A DNA stretch of 56,338 nucleotides, filler included, from Sphacelaria rigidula (Eukaryota), in NCBI GenBank assembly GCA_964200075.2. It is 6 parts of 6 records of this genome, joined end to end, with 100 filler letters (N's around TTAATTAATTAA, not from the genome) between each part and the next. Parts side by side here need not be neighbours in the genome. Positions count along the whole stretch, not along the records: positions 9,408 to 18,714 come from CAXNAA020008790.1; positions 18,815 to 28,120 come from CAXNAA020008791.1; 4 more parts are not named here. One strand, 5' to 3'. The notes under the pieces were generated by a model that saw only the letters and a list, made by a program, of their open reading frames with translations, did not search any database and was not told where the DNA came from. Both the position numbers and the translations under genes were made by a program. This document shows, piece after piece, positions 12,307-23,200 of this stretch (within the stretch, counting starts at the first letter, position 1; every line of letters begins with the position of its first letter).

Positions 12307-12550
12307 AGTCATGCTACGATAGGCCGGGGGGTATTTTGGGCCATTGCCGCCGCGAAATTTAACTTCGAATTATCGCTGTAAGAAGCAACGATCGTCCGAA
12401 CGCGTGTGTTACCGATAAATAACGCTCATCCATACTGCTTGACGTCGTTTTACCCAAGTACAAGCGCACGGCGAGTGTGTCAGATTGTCCGAACGCCTAT
12501 GAGTCCTTCTCCCCAGCAATCAAACACCCAATCGCTATCGTAGCACGGCT
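12307..12550. mobile_element. MITE-like element (TIR AGTCATGCTACGATAG / CTATCGTAGCACGGCT)
   Basis: Terminal inverted match; a colinear homolog lies at 37339-37526 on another contig. Confidence 0.6.
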
Positions 12551-13441
12551 CTGTACATGCTCTTCCGCGCTGTACGGGTAGCACCGCATGGGTGGGCGCA
12601 GAGTACAAACGCAGAACAGCACGGCGCGACTTTTACCTGTTCAACTCATGACACCGACCACGTGGCATTTGGAACAAGAAATACTGAACCCTGAAAAGTT
12701 GGGCCACGATCCACACCTACGTGGTGAAACAAATTAAAACAAACCTGGGGTTCAAGGGTAAACAATCCAGACGCTTCTCGCTTATCCCTGAGTGCTGGGG
12801 TTTTTTTATCCCGAAACTTTCTTCACCAGTGTTTGAGGCATTGTAACGTGTCGTGTAACGTGTGACGTCACCGTGTACGTGATACTGAACCACAATCTTC
12901 TACGAGCTGGGCCAGCAGTAAACCCCGCATTCGCTTTCCACATCACAACTTCTTGAGTTTTCCAAATCAACGCGACTTGACCATATCGCTGTGAATTGCA
13001 TACCAACCTGGTGACACACGGCACCGCCGCTGAATGAAGAAGAAACAAATACTGCATAATATTGGACCCTCACGACAGACGCAAAAAAAGAGAATCTGTC
13101 GGGATTCGAACTCATGACCTCCATAATCGGAGTCTACTGTATCACTTTAATCAAAGAGGCGCGGCCGTGTCACACGAAAAGGGCAATGCCGCGCCCGTTC
13201 TGAGGTATTTTTGGCCGAAACTTCACCAGAATGTCGTTGACCCGAGTGCCAGTATGTGTCTGAGCGTTGTCGTCGTTTTTTTTCATTTCTGAAGGAAGTC
13301 ATAGCATTTTCCCCTGTTTTTGCTGAAGTTTCAATTCGTTTTCACTTATTTTTTCCTTTGCACCCCAAATAGGGTCGCGCCGGTTGATGATAAAAATGTC
13401 GTGTCAAACTTTCAGCGCCTGACTCTTTGAATTACCAATGG

Positions 13442-14000
13442 CATCTCCACTCTTCATTCAAAAATCATTGTCAGCTGGCCCAGCTCGTAGGATTTTGAAA
13501 ATCATCGCAAATTTGAAGTGTCACCGCTTCATGTAACTTGTTGGTGACGCTTCGTGTAACGTGTAGCGTAATATGAAACGTGCAATATATGTTACACGTT
13601 ACACGGAACGTTTCACATCACGTGTTTTGAACGTTGTTCGGGCAATATAACGTTCACGTTACGTTACGTATGTCACGTTGAAAAAATCTACCGTTACGCC
13701 CATCTCCACTCTTCGTTCAAAAATCATTGTCAGCTGGCCCAGCTCGTAGAATTTTAAAATTCATCGCAAATTTGAAGTGTCACCGCTTCATGTGACTTGT
13801 TGGTGACGCTTCGTGTAACGTGTAGCATAATATGAAACGTTTCGTGTAACGTGAAACGTGTAATGCACGTGAAACGTGCAATATACGTTACACGCTACAC
13901 GGAACATTTCACATCACGTGTTTTGAACGTTGTTCGGGCAATATAACGTTCACGTTACGTTACGTATGTTACGTTGAAAAAAACTACCGTTACGTCCATC
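13442..14000 (+). repeat. Tandem duplication (~260-bp and ~300-bp units)
   Basis: CATCTCCACTCTTC.TTCAAAAATCATTGTCAGCTGGCCCAGCTCGTAG starts at 13442 and 13701; high identity, with an ACGT-rich insertion in the second copy. Confidence 0.92.
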
Positions 14001-14913
14001 ACGCGAAAAAAAGAGTAAAGTTCACGTCACGTTTCGGCCAAAACGTAACGTGTAACGCTGTGGCACGTGTGAGGTGTATATCCCTGTTTTTTTCTTCGTA
14101 GCATCTGATTTCCATCGTAGAAAGCGTGAGAACGTGAGCAAACAAAGTAATCGACTGAGTTTGTTTGACGTGAGTTGACCCGGTGTGGGAGTGCTGACCC
14201 ATTCCGCGAGACCAAAATGCAAGGCGTGTACCTGCAAGAGATGGGTTAATCCTTTGACACCATAGAACTAGTTCCGAGGAAGGGGAGGGGTTCAACGTGC
14301 GACAAGTAAAAAAAGTAATAATGAGGAAGGTGGAGGAGTAAAAACAAGCCAAAGAGACAAAAAAAAACCTGTGTTGGCCTTCCTCCTGTGTGACCCCGAC
14401 TGGTGCGCCTACATATACCGAAAGGGGTAGACCGGCGTCCAGGCTTGATGGGACGACAACACTGTTGCATTCGTCTTCATTTTCGCTTACATTCTCGATT
14501 TCGTGATCGCGAAAAAGAAAAGGGAAGAAGAAAACAAGTTAAACGAGTTCAAGAACAACAGAGCACACGAAAACCTGCACCATGCGCTATTGCCTCTTTG
14601 CCCTCCATCAACGCGTAAAAGATCGCCATTCTTGCCTTTTTTTCTTCCGGTCTCGAGACCTAAAGGTACAAACTAGCGTGAGTAAATGAATCCACACCCT
14701 AGACAACATATATATGGTCAAAATTTTCAGTAGATAAAAAAACAAAAATGCACTGCGCAACGTAAAGGCCTACTGCAACTATTGACCATGTATTGTCATT
14801 GTCCAGGGTGCGAATTATCTTGTACCCACCACAATTCTCTCTTCCCCCTTCCTTCTCCGTGTTTGAAAGACTCTCCTCGTTTTTAACCACAGTACCGTCC
14901 CCAATTCACGCAG

Positions 14914-16125
14914 GTGTTGTCTCCCGAAAAACAAAACGCCCTGCACGTGGCGTGCGAGAAGCTACCGACAGATGTGATGACCGCCATAGCCGTGGAGCTA
15001 ATCAACCGGGGCGCCGATATGAATATCGAGGACGTGTCCGGAAAGTCATCGCTCGTGTATGCCATCTCGTGGGGTAACACACAAGTGGTGAAAGAGATGT
15101 TCGAACGCGGCGCGCGAGCCCCGCAAGATCCGAGGCTGCGCGGGTGGCTCATGCAGCACTGCTGGGATAATGGGCTCAAGGAGATCCACCACCTGATGAT
15201 CCGCGACTGGCAGTCCGAGTCCCCTGGCGAGATGAGCCTGTTCGACATGTCTGCCCTCATGGACGACGCATACGGCGGCGGTGGCGGAGGCGGCGGCGGC
15301 GGGTTTTCCAATCGCACAGACCTGGCGAATTTTTTGCTCAGTCACGGTAGACCGCTCTTTGGTGGGAGGGCCGGTACGTCTAACGTGAGCAGTGAGGATG
15401 GAAGATCTACGGCAACCTACGCTACCGACTTCGACAAGCGGCTTCATCAGGCCGCGAAAACCGGAAACCTGAGCCACGTGAGGCGCGCGCTGAATGTGGG
15501 TACGCCCGACCCGCTTGACTCGGACGGACGCACGCCGCTGCATGTGGCTGCCGAGGGGGGCCACGCCGAGGTCGTGATGGCCTTGCTTGCCGCAAGTGCC
15601 GCCGTGGATGCCCGCGATAAAAAGGGCTACACGCCGCTGTACCTGGCGGCCAGCGAGGGTCGGCTGGATGCCGTGCGGGTGCTGTTGGAGGCCTCTCCGA
15701 ACGTGGACATCCCAGACAAGGACTGCGGTTACAGCCCGCTATTTGTTGCCATGATGAAGGGTCACCACGAGGTCATGGAAGAGTTGTTGGAATACGGAGC
15801 CTCCCCTGGAACTAGCGGGCAAAAGGGAGACACCCCGCTGCATCTGGCGTGCAGTGCGCCGGATGCCGATAGCTCTACCCCCGGGGGTGCCGTAGCGTCG
15901 CTTCTCAGAGCCGGGGCGCTGCCCGGGCACTGCTGGAACGAGAGACTTCAGACTCCGCTGCACAGGGCGGCTTATTTTGGGAGGGTGGCGGCGGCCCGGC
16001 AGCTCATCCCGTTGCTGTCGTTGAGGCAGATCAACATGCGCGACAAGGTCATGAACGCCCAGGAGGGCGGTAACACTCCGCTCTTGATGGCTACAATGCG
16101 CGGGCACGTGGACATGGTGAAGACG
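14914..16125 (+). CDS. Ankyrin-repeat protein, large exon (404 aa)
   Basis: cgcag|GTG acceptor; repeated TPLH/TPLY/SPLF..A...GH motifs (GRTPLHVAAEGGH, GYTPLYLAASEG, GDTPLHLAC, QTPLHRAAYFG, GNTPLLMATMRGH); ACG|gtgaga donor, phase 0. Confidence 0.93.
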
Positions 16126-16500
16126 GTGAGATGGAGTCGCCGTCGTCGTCGTTTTTGTTGTCGTTGTTGTCGTTGTTGTGTCATGAAGATGATGGTCCGT
16201 CACCCTACCATCCCCCGTCGTTTTGGCGGCGTCTCTGATACTCTCCTACTTGTCCGGCAGCGCTGATTGACTCGTGGCATACATGCTCGGGACGAAAAGT
16301 TGAGTGGGACTGGTACGATGACTCCAATACCCCCTCCCCAAAAAACTGTAGCTCTTCTCAGAGTCAGACCACCCTTAGTAAACTCAGAACTCGCGCCAAA
16401 CCCCACAATTCTTGACTTCCCAGAGCGCCCCCTCAAGGCAATAAGCGGAAGGTGCGAGATGAATGAAATGAACCAGGTTTCAAATCACAGTTCCATAGCC

Positions 16501-16538
<38 letters not shown>

Positions 16539-16733
16539 TCTTCTACCCCCGGCCCCTCCCTACACCCCCGGGCGGCCTCCCGCCCCCCTCTCGCNNNNNN
16601 NNATGAAAGAAATGAACCAGGTTTCAAATCCCCGTTCCATATCCTCCCCCCCCCCCCCCCACTCCCCCCACATTTCCCTCTTGCTCCCTCCCCTTCTATC
16701 GCTCGCTCGGTGCATATCTCGACCTGATCCTAG

Positions 16734-17188
16734 TTGCTGGACAGTGGCGCTGACCGCACCATCAACTCCGGCTCCACCGGCTTGTCTCCACTCGAAGCAG
16801 CGACGATGAGCCCAATAACCAGCTGCAGCAGCAGCAGCAGCACCGATGACATGGAGATGGAGCAGGAGAGAACACCAGGACAACCAGCAGACGTCGTCGC
16901 CAGCGCCCCCCGTATCGTGCGCGCTTTGATCGCAGACGGGGCAAGCGTACATGCAGTAGGGATGAGCGGGATGACCGTCCTGCAGACCGCTTGCTGCGTT
17001 GGTGCTTGCGCCGAGGTGATACAGGTCTTGCTTGATGCCGGCGCCGACCCCATGGCGCCCTGCGCGCCCATGGAGTTCCTTCCTCCGCTGCACGTGGCTG
17101 CGGCCAACGGCGCTCTCGATGCATTCAAGGTTCTCCTCGCGCTGCCCGAATACGGTGACGTGGATAGGCTTGGACCTGCTCCTTCGAG
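16734..17188 (+). CDS. Ankyrin-repeat protein, third visible exon (gene 3'-partial)
   Basis: ctgatcctag|TTG acceptor in phase 0 continues the repeat (GHVDMVKT-LLDSGAD); also GMTVLQTAC and PPLHVAAANG. Probable donor GAG|gtgtgg at 17189; this end is less certain. Confidence 0.85.
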
Positions 17189-18714
17189 GTGTGGGCAATC
17201 GGGCAATTTGTGGTGTCGAGAAAAGCGAAAGTCAAGGGAGGACGGGGGGGGGGCGGGGGGCGGGGGGCGAGGGGGGTACTCATGATCTTGCATGCCGTAG
17301 TCGTTTGACCATTGACCTCGCATTCCTACAAAACCGAGACAGAGCACGTTGAGTTTTCGCCGGACCAGGCTCGTAATCAATCACCAAGCGCGAAGCGCCG
17401 TGATGTGATATGTCCGGCGAGTCGCATGAAGGGTGAGCTACATCCTGCTAAGATTGTTCGGCCTGAAGCCTACTGATTATCTTGCATTTGGATGACAGCC
17501 TCCAATGAGCTGCTTCATTTTCTGGTATCGCCACTTTCAGAGACAGCACTGACTGACACACTGCCTCATGGGTGCCTTACCATTCCAACACTACGTAGTA
17601 TGATCATCTATTTTGCGTAGAATTAGATTGTCCCACCCCGCACACTATGATCTAGCTCGACCACCATCATGGTTACCGCAAAAAATAATGCAAGCGCGTA
17701 AAAAAAACGGTAACCTGGTTGCCTAGCTTACGCGGTGGGTGGCGTATTCTACAGCGTCATTGCCAACCGACACCAACGCTAGAGAAGGTCCGTCCCAACA
17801 AATCCGGGACGGGGCACACTGGGTTTTGGCCGGACCAGGCTGATTTTTAGTTGCGGGAATGACAATTTGGCATGGACAGATGCTTGAGAAACAGGGACTT
17901 GAGGTTTTCGTCAAATGTTTTACTGATGCAATCAAATATCGTTGGTACAACACAAAATACCAGAGTGTGGACCCAGATATCCAAAGACAACAGACATTAT
18001 GCGCTGATACAACCAAGGTGCAGACAAAACTCTGAACGGCATGCGTGAAAAGAAACACCACATATTCATCGGAAGGGGTTCGTGGTGAAAGCGGTCTTGT
18101 CTACGGTCTCACATGCGACCGTAAGTTCCCAGAAGGCCGATAGTAACACAAGAACCTTTTACGTATCTTGTCCCGTCCTGTTTGGTCGGCGGCGGCTACC
18201 ATCTATCTCCTAGTATTGCGATCATTTTCTCCCCACTGTCCAATGTACCAAAGGATTTCACGCCGATACTTTCTACGGTAGCCCCCCCCGAAAAAAAAAA
18301 AAAAGAACTATGCAAGGAGGAACAGGACGTGAACGGAGGTGGCACGAAATCGGTTTATGTATTATATTAGACAGTAGCGAGAAAACGATGGTTATACTAG
18401 GAGATAGATGGCCACAGACGGCGAAACAGGACAGGGATAAAATATGCAAGGGTTTTTGTGCAATGTATGGAAGAAACGTAGTGAGCGCCGGAATGTTGAA
18501 GGTGTCTCTATTAGGAAAAGGAACGGTGCTCCGTCTCGAAAAAGATGCGTGGTCAATGGTCAAACGACAAAGGCGAACAACAAATGAGTACGCCCCCCCT
18601 CAAAAAAAAAAAAAAAACAGCCGAAAACTGTCGCGAAGAACATGACCATACAACGGCAGACGATTGCTTTTAGGCTGCGCAGATCCTCTGGGCGGTCGTC
18701 TTGTTTTTGTTCTC

Positions 18715-18814
18715 NNNNNNNNNNNNNNNNNNNNNNNNNNNNNNNNNNNNNNNNNNNNTTAATTAATTAANNNNNNNNNNNNNNNNNNNNNNNNNNNNNN
18801 NNNNNNNNNNNNNN
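18715..18814. other. Artificial contig linker
   Basis: Same N44-TTAATTAATTAA-N44 spacer. Confidence 0.98.
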
Positions 18815-19899
18815 ACTGCCATTCAATGGGCAGTACACTCCATTTATGCTGCCCCCGCGCCCCCCTCCCCCCCCCCCCCCTCCCTCCCCCTCTGTTTCAC
18901 TCCACCATAACCCTCTCCTAGGCAATGCCTCTCAACGTGTCACTCTCCCGGAAAGTCGTCCTCAGATCGCTTCACGCTCCATGCTTTGTTTTTGGTCGAA
19001 TACACACACACCAGTGAAACGATCGAATTTCTCCTTTTGATGCTCCGCACAAGTGGTCCTTACAGCCACTGTGCCCACTGTGCATCCTTCACGGGTCTGT
19101 CTAGGGACAGCACCACTCTGCGTTGCCTTCCAAACAAGCCAGGAAAAAGCCGGAGAGTAAAGAATATTATATATATATATATATATATTAATGAAAGAGC
19201 GAGGAGCGGAAACTGTTGCGGGAGGGCGAGTCGATTCATGGAATGACGAAACGGCATTCCTCCGCTATGCTCAGTGAACATCATCAGCAACTACCGGTCT
19301 ATCCGTCACTGAGAGCATCATACCATGACCGAAAGCGATGTCACTCGCAGATCTGTCAATCCTGAATCAAACATAAGGGACAGCTAAATAACGGCAAAGC
19401 GATGGGATCGGGTGGACGACCTACCGAACTGCCCAAGGTTGAACTGGTCGGGGAGCCTTCGGAGATTCTGTACCATCCCACACAGCATTGTGGTTGCTGT
19501 TTGAACTTCTGGCAAGGGGCGGCAGGAGTGGACAAAGGTCACTGGACAAAGTGCTACGCAAGAAGGATACACAAGTGTGTGTGTGTGTCAAGTATAGGGA
19601 CATGCCCCTCGTGGCGCATGCTGCTCAACCTCTTTACGAAATCGCACCGAACAGGCTCGGTGTCTTCACCGAGGACGCACGGATTTCCTCGAAGCAGTCA
19701 CGGTAGGGTTGCACGACATACTTCTCAGGCTTAAATGTCAAGTTGCTGGGAGCCCTCAATCTCATCCAAAACTCGAGAACGTATTTCCTTGCCTTGAATT
19801 ATAGTGTTACCTAGCCGTGTTCCTGTTCCCGTGCCCCCCTTTTTGTGGGGTCTCATGACCTCCATCCTTTCTCGTTTGTGTTTCAGATATTTTCTTTGC

Positions 19900-20230
19900 T
19901 TCCCTTTGTCTTTTTCCACGTCAGATTAGCATCTGCGCTTCGGTCCTGCTGATCAGGCGACGCGCCAAAACGTGTGGTCCCCTAGCTGAGCCGCAATCTG
20001 TGTTTCCACCGCCGTGTCTTATTGTTGTCGGCGTTCTTCCTATACAGTCGCCGAATCTAAAGCAATGCAGCAATTGCCTGTCGGGAGTTTTGGTCGGGAC
20101 GGGTACTAGTATCCTTCCCTGCTCTCATTCTTGTTTATCTCAGCTTATTTTCGCTTTCTTCTCCTTGTTTCATTGTCGATTGTTGTTCTCTGCCATGCCG
20201 ATCGTTTGTTTCCTTTCTCTTTTCTCGAGT
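19900..20230 (-). repeat. Dispersed purine-skewed repeat, homologous to ~53760-54200 (+)
   Basis: Core CAGATT.CG.CTCAGCTA...GGACCACAC..TTTGG shared by 19965-20000 (-) and 54069-54107 (+); upstream ACTCGAGAAA.G and AGTACCC..CCGA blocks also shared. Confidence 0.6.
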
Positions 20231-23200
20231 GCCCGTGAGCGAGCGCTTATTGTCAATTTTCCCTGGGCAAAAAGCCTTCTGTGTGATCATGGTTGGATTT
20301 GTCGGCGTGGAGTTTGCAACGGCAACAACAAGAAGGACATGCAGTTACACGCACGACAACCACAAGAAACTTACAGCCACGCGTACGGTCCGTCAGCCAT
20401 GGTGTGCATCTTGTAGAGGGGAAACCCCATGCCTGCCACGCCGATGACCAAGCTTGTGCACACCAGTAACCTCTCCTGCGACAGTTGCAAGCGGGCATGG
20501 CAAAAACGGCACATGAAGAGCAAGCAAGTTCCGGGGGGGAAATATCACCCAGAGAACGGCAACGGCCAGAAATGGAAAATGGAGAACAAAGGACAACGAA
20601 AGCAGCAACAAAGCAGAGTACTATCGTCGTTACCTCGTACTGCTGCGGCAGCAGTGTACGATTTCGTCGCCGCAAAATAAAGCAAAATTGATTGCCAAGA
20701 AACACCTTTGATGTTGTTGAATCACGCAGATGACGTTGCGGGACGTGATTAAAAGAAAAAAAACATCCTTGATGCTACGCATTCATACGACCAGAGTTAG
20801 GAATCGTACGAAAGAGAGACAAAACTACTCACAATAATGATCCAAAAACCCGTTATAGAACAACGGCTGCTCGGACCGCTGGGGACCAGAACCTGAATTG
20901 AAGTGAAAGCACACCAACAACTATTTTGACATATCTTCACCCGTTAATATCGGATGTATCGAATAAATGCCACGATACAGCTGTCAACTTGTAGTTCGGT
21001 TTCACAAAATGAGCGTTGTCATTTCTTGAAACGTAGCGCAGCACAGCGCAGCGCAGCGCAGCAAATAGTTATGGATAGTATCACCAACATGAGTAACCGC
21101 CACCATGGTCCATAACATACCGACATGAGCCACGGAGCACGCCTCTTGATACGGGGGCAGTACGCCACTCCCAGACGCACGAGCCGACTCATCCAGCTAG
21201 CCGTGAACGTGAAAAGAAACCAATAGAATCCCTTCAGGGGTAGAATGGGACAAAATAAAACACGACGAAGAACATGAAATGGGCGAGTCGAGCCATAATC
21301 GAGGGCCGGCGGGCTACGGTGCATCATTTGAGCTGCGAGTGAGGCGAGGTAAGCAGGTGGGCCGAAGGAAGGCGGGGCGGTGGAAGCAAACGCATACAAT
21401 ACATACATGAATTAATACAAAAAAAGGTGAAGTAAGGACGGCACGGCGGATCTGGAAGTAGGACGGAAGGGTGATGAATACGTACACTCAGTAGGTAGGT
21501 CTATGAAACGCGTTCATCTTGTTTTCTTATCTTTGAGCTTAGAGTGGGATCAATTTCAGATCAAAATTGTTCCTATACCCCCCACGCGGACGGGTTAGAA
21601 CGGGCACCTGAAACAAAACCACGAAAAAAGCAGGATTCTTAATTGTAGCCATAATTTGCAAGGCATATCACGGGCAGGTCGAGCTCTCAGACCCTCATCT
21701 GTGAACCGGATGGGCAAGGTGAAAATCTCTAATGACCATCTTCGATCTGGGAGATGACACGCGAATTTTTCCACTGGCTGTAGGTCATATGTAAACTGCC
21801 GGACACACCGAAAATGTCCTGAACACAAACAGAACCATCCCGAAACATCACAAAACGACGCCTGAACGTAGTAGCAAAACCTCTCCCAATCGAAACACTT
21901 TTTCGTCATAAACAAGGATTGCCGTTACTTCGATACACGTAATTACGCTCAATATATTCCCATCGTATGCGTATGTTTCTATTTGCCGTGAGATGAAGCG
22001 TCCCTTATCCGCGGAGTTCCCTATTCCACGCGCGTCACGCACATGCGCAGCATCCATAGAGGTACACACTCTGCACTGCACAGCGCAGGACAGCAGTATT
22101 AATGCACCTGATTTCTGCCGCAATTCGCAGAAGTAACAATAATTGCTTGCGTTTACCCTGTTACACGTATGCTGTCATCTCTGTTGTGCAGTAACTGCCA
22201 TCGCTATTTTCAAACGGCAAGTTGTGTGCCAACTCGACAGGTACTGCACCGTCGACAGTAGGGGCATGAGATGATCCAGTTGGGCAAATCCTCTGCGGGC
22301 GGTACCGTCATGCTCATGATTGGCTCTGCCGCGCAAAAGTCGCACGTGGCTGGCCATTTTTGACAAAAAGGTAGAAGTGAAGTTGTCGCATGACCATCTT
22401 CAAGTCGCTTTTGGAACATGGCTACGAAAAAGGACAGGTATAACGTCGACCAGATCAAAATTCTCGATAATTTGTCGAGAAGCGCTGCAAGTATCCCTTC
22501 CTCCCAATGTAGTATGATGAGCCCTCCGATGCAACATGGTGAGGATTTCTCTGTAGCGCTTCTAACCGCACCCCTTTCTCCTGAACTTGAAACTAGGGCA
22601 AAGGCTCGGGCTAGGAGGATGGCAGAGCTGCAGAGAGTGAGGGGGAACGCAACAGATTCCAACGGCTTCCCGTCGGTTATGCTTTTTAGACTTCTGTAGC
22701 TCCTCATAATAGCTATGCGTGATTACAGGAACATTTCAGGTAGGGTGGCGGGCCCAGAGAGGACGAGCGTGATTTTTCCCGAGATTTTTTATTGGTCACC
22801 CAAGTTAATTATATTGCCGTACAAGTAGATGTTTTGGACTACCGCGTTGTTAGGCCGTTACTTGGTAAGAGAGTATGGAACTCGATCGCATGGCGATGGA
22901 TTCGACCTTCCGGTCATAATATATTCAACGCTTAGAGAATTCATAGCATCTCTTGCGTATATGGGCGCTTTCACAGAAGGCTCCAACCGCTTTTTATGCC
23001 AGAAACACATGAAGTTATTTTCACTCGTCAGATTATGAAACGTTTCGTGAAAAAACAAAATGCTCTGGGACAAGGATCCACAGAGGGAAAAAATACGGAC
23101 ACGCCCCCACTTTCCCCCCCCCCCCCCGGAGGTCAATTTTTCTACGATTGTCATGATTGTTGTGATTTTTGTTGTGACTTTTTGTTGAAATTGTGCACAA

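Larger units (their letters stand above)
11206..14086. mobile_element. Non-autonomous hAT-like DNA element with ACGT-rich subterminal repeats
   Basis: Imperfect TIR CACGGCTATACAC / GTGTATATCCCTG; near-identical 8-bp flanks TTTTTTCC (11198-11205) and TTTTTTTC (14087-14094); dense ACGT/GTTACG arrays at both ends. Confidence 0.62.
11125..14345 (+). mobile_element. tRNA-related SINE-like element Y (11125-11205 plus 14095-14345), split by a hAT-like insertion
   Basis: B box GGTTCGATTCC at 11176-11186, with a weak A box at 11134. The 3' part (GGGAGTGCTGACCCA...GAGATGG...CCGAGGAAGGGGAGG) is shared with 52340-52480 (-). A-rich end; flanked by AAGCC. Confidence 0.6.
10914..14470 (+). mobile_element. 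tRNA-related SINE-like element X (10914-11124 plus 14351-14470), split by a nested insertion
   Basis: A-box-like TGGCTCCGTTGG (10921) and B-box-like GGTTCGAACCT (10965). The two halves are contiguous in the uninterrupted copy at 10095-10310. AAGCC is duplicated at 11120-11124 and 14346-14350. Confidence 0.68.

Noticed and set aside
11336-12790. Additional nested hAT element bounded by ACTCAGGG / CCCTGAGT
   Set aside because: Only ~8-10 bp of inverted match and no TSD; CTCAGG motifs also recur internally.
16126-16266. Arg/Cys-rich C-terminus (RRRRRFCCRCCRCC) of the 450-aa ORF as a metal-binding tail
   Set aside because: Read-through into an intron with a (CGT/TGT)n microsatellite after a GTGAGA donor; the ANK repeat resumes at 16734.
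16460-16660. Tandem repeat GAAATGAACCAGGTTTCAAATC followed by poly-C
   Set aside because: The two copies straddle a small N gap and homopolymers; possibly an assembly or haplotype duplication.
20229-20700. Gag zinc knuckle after a putative PBS
   Set aside because: No CX2CX4HX4C motif in any frame and no LTR pair found.
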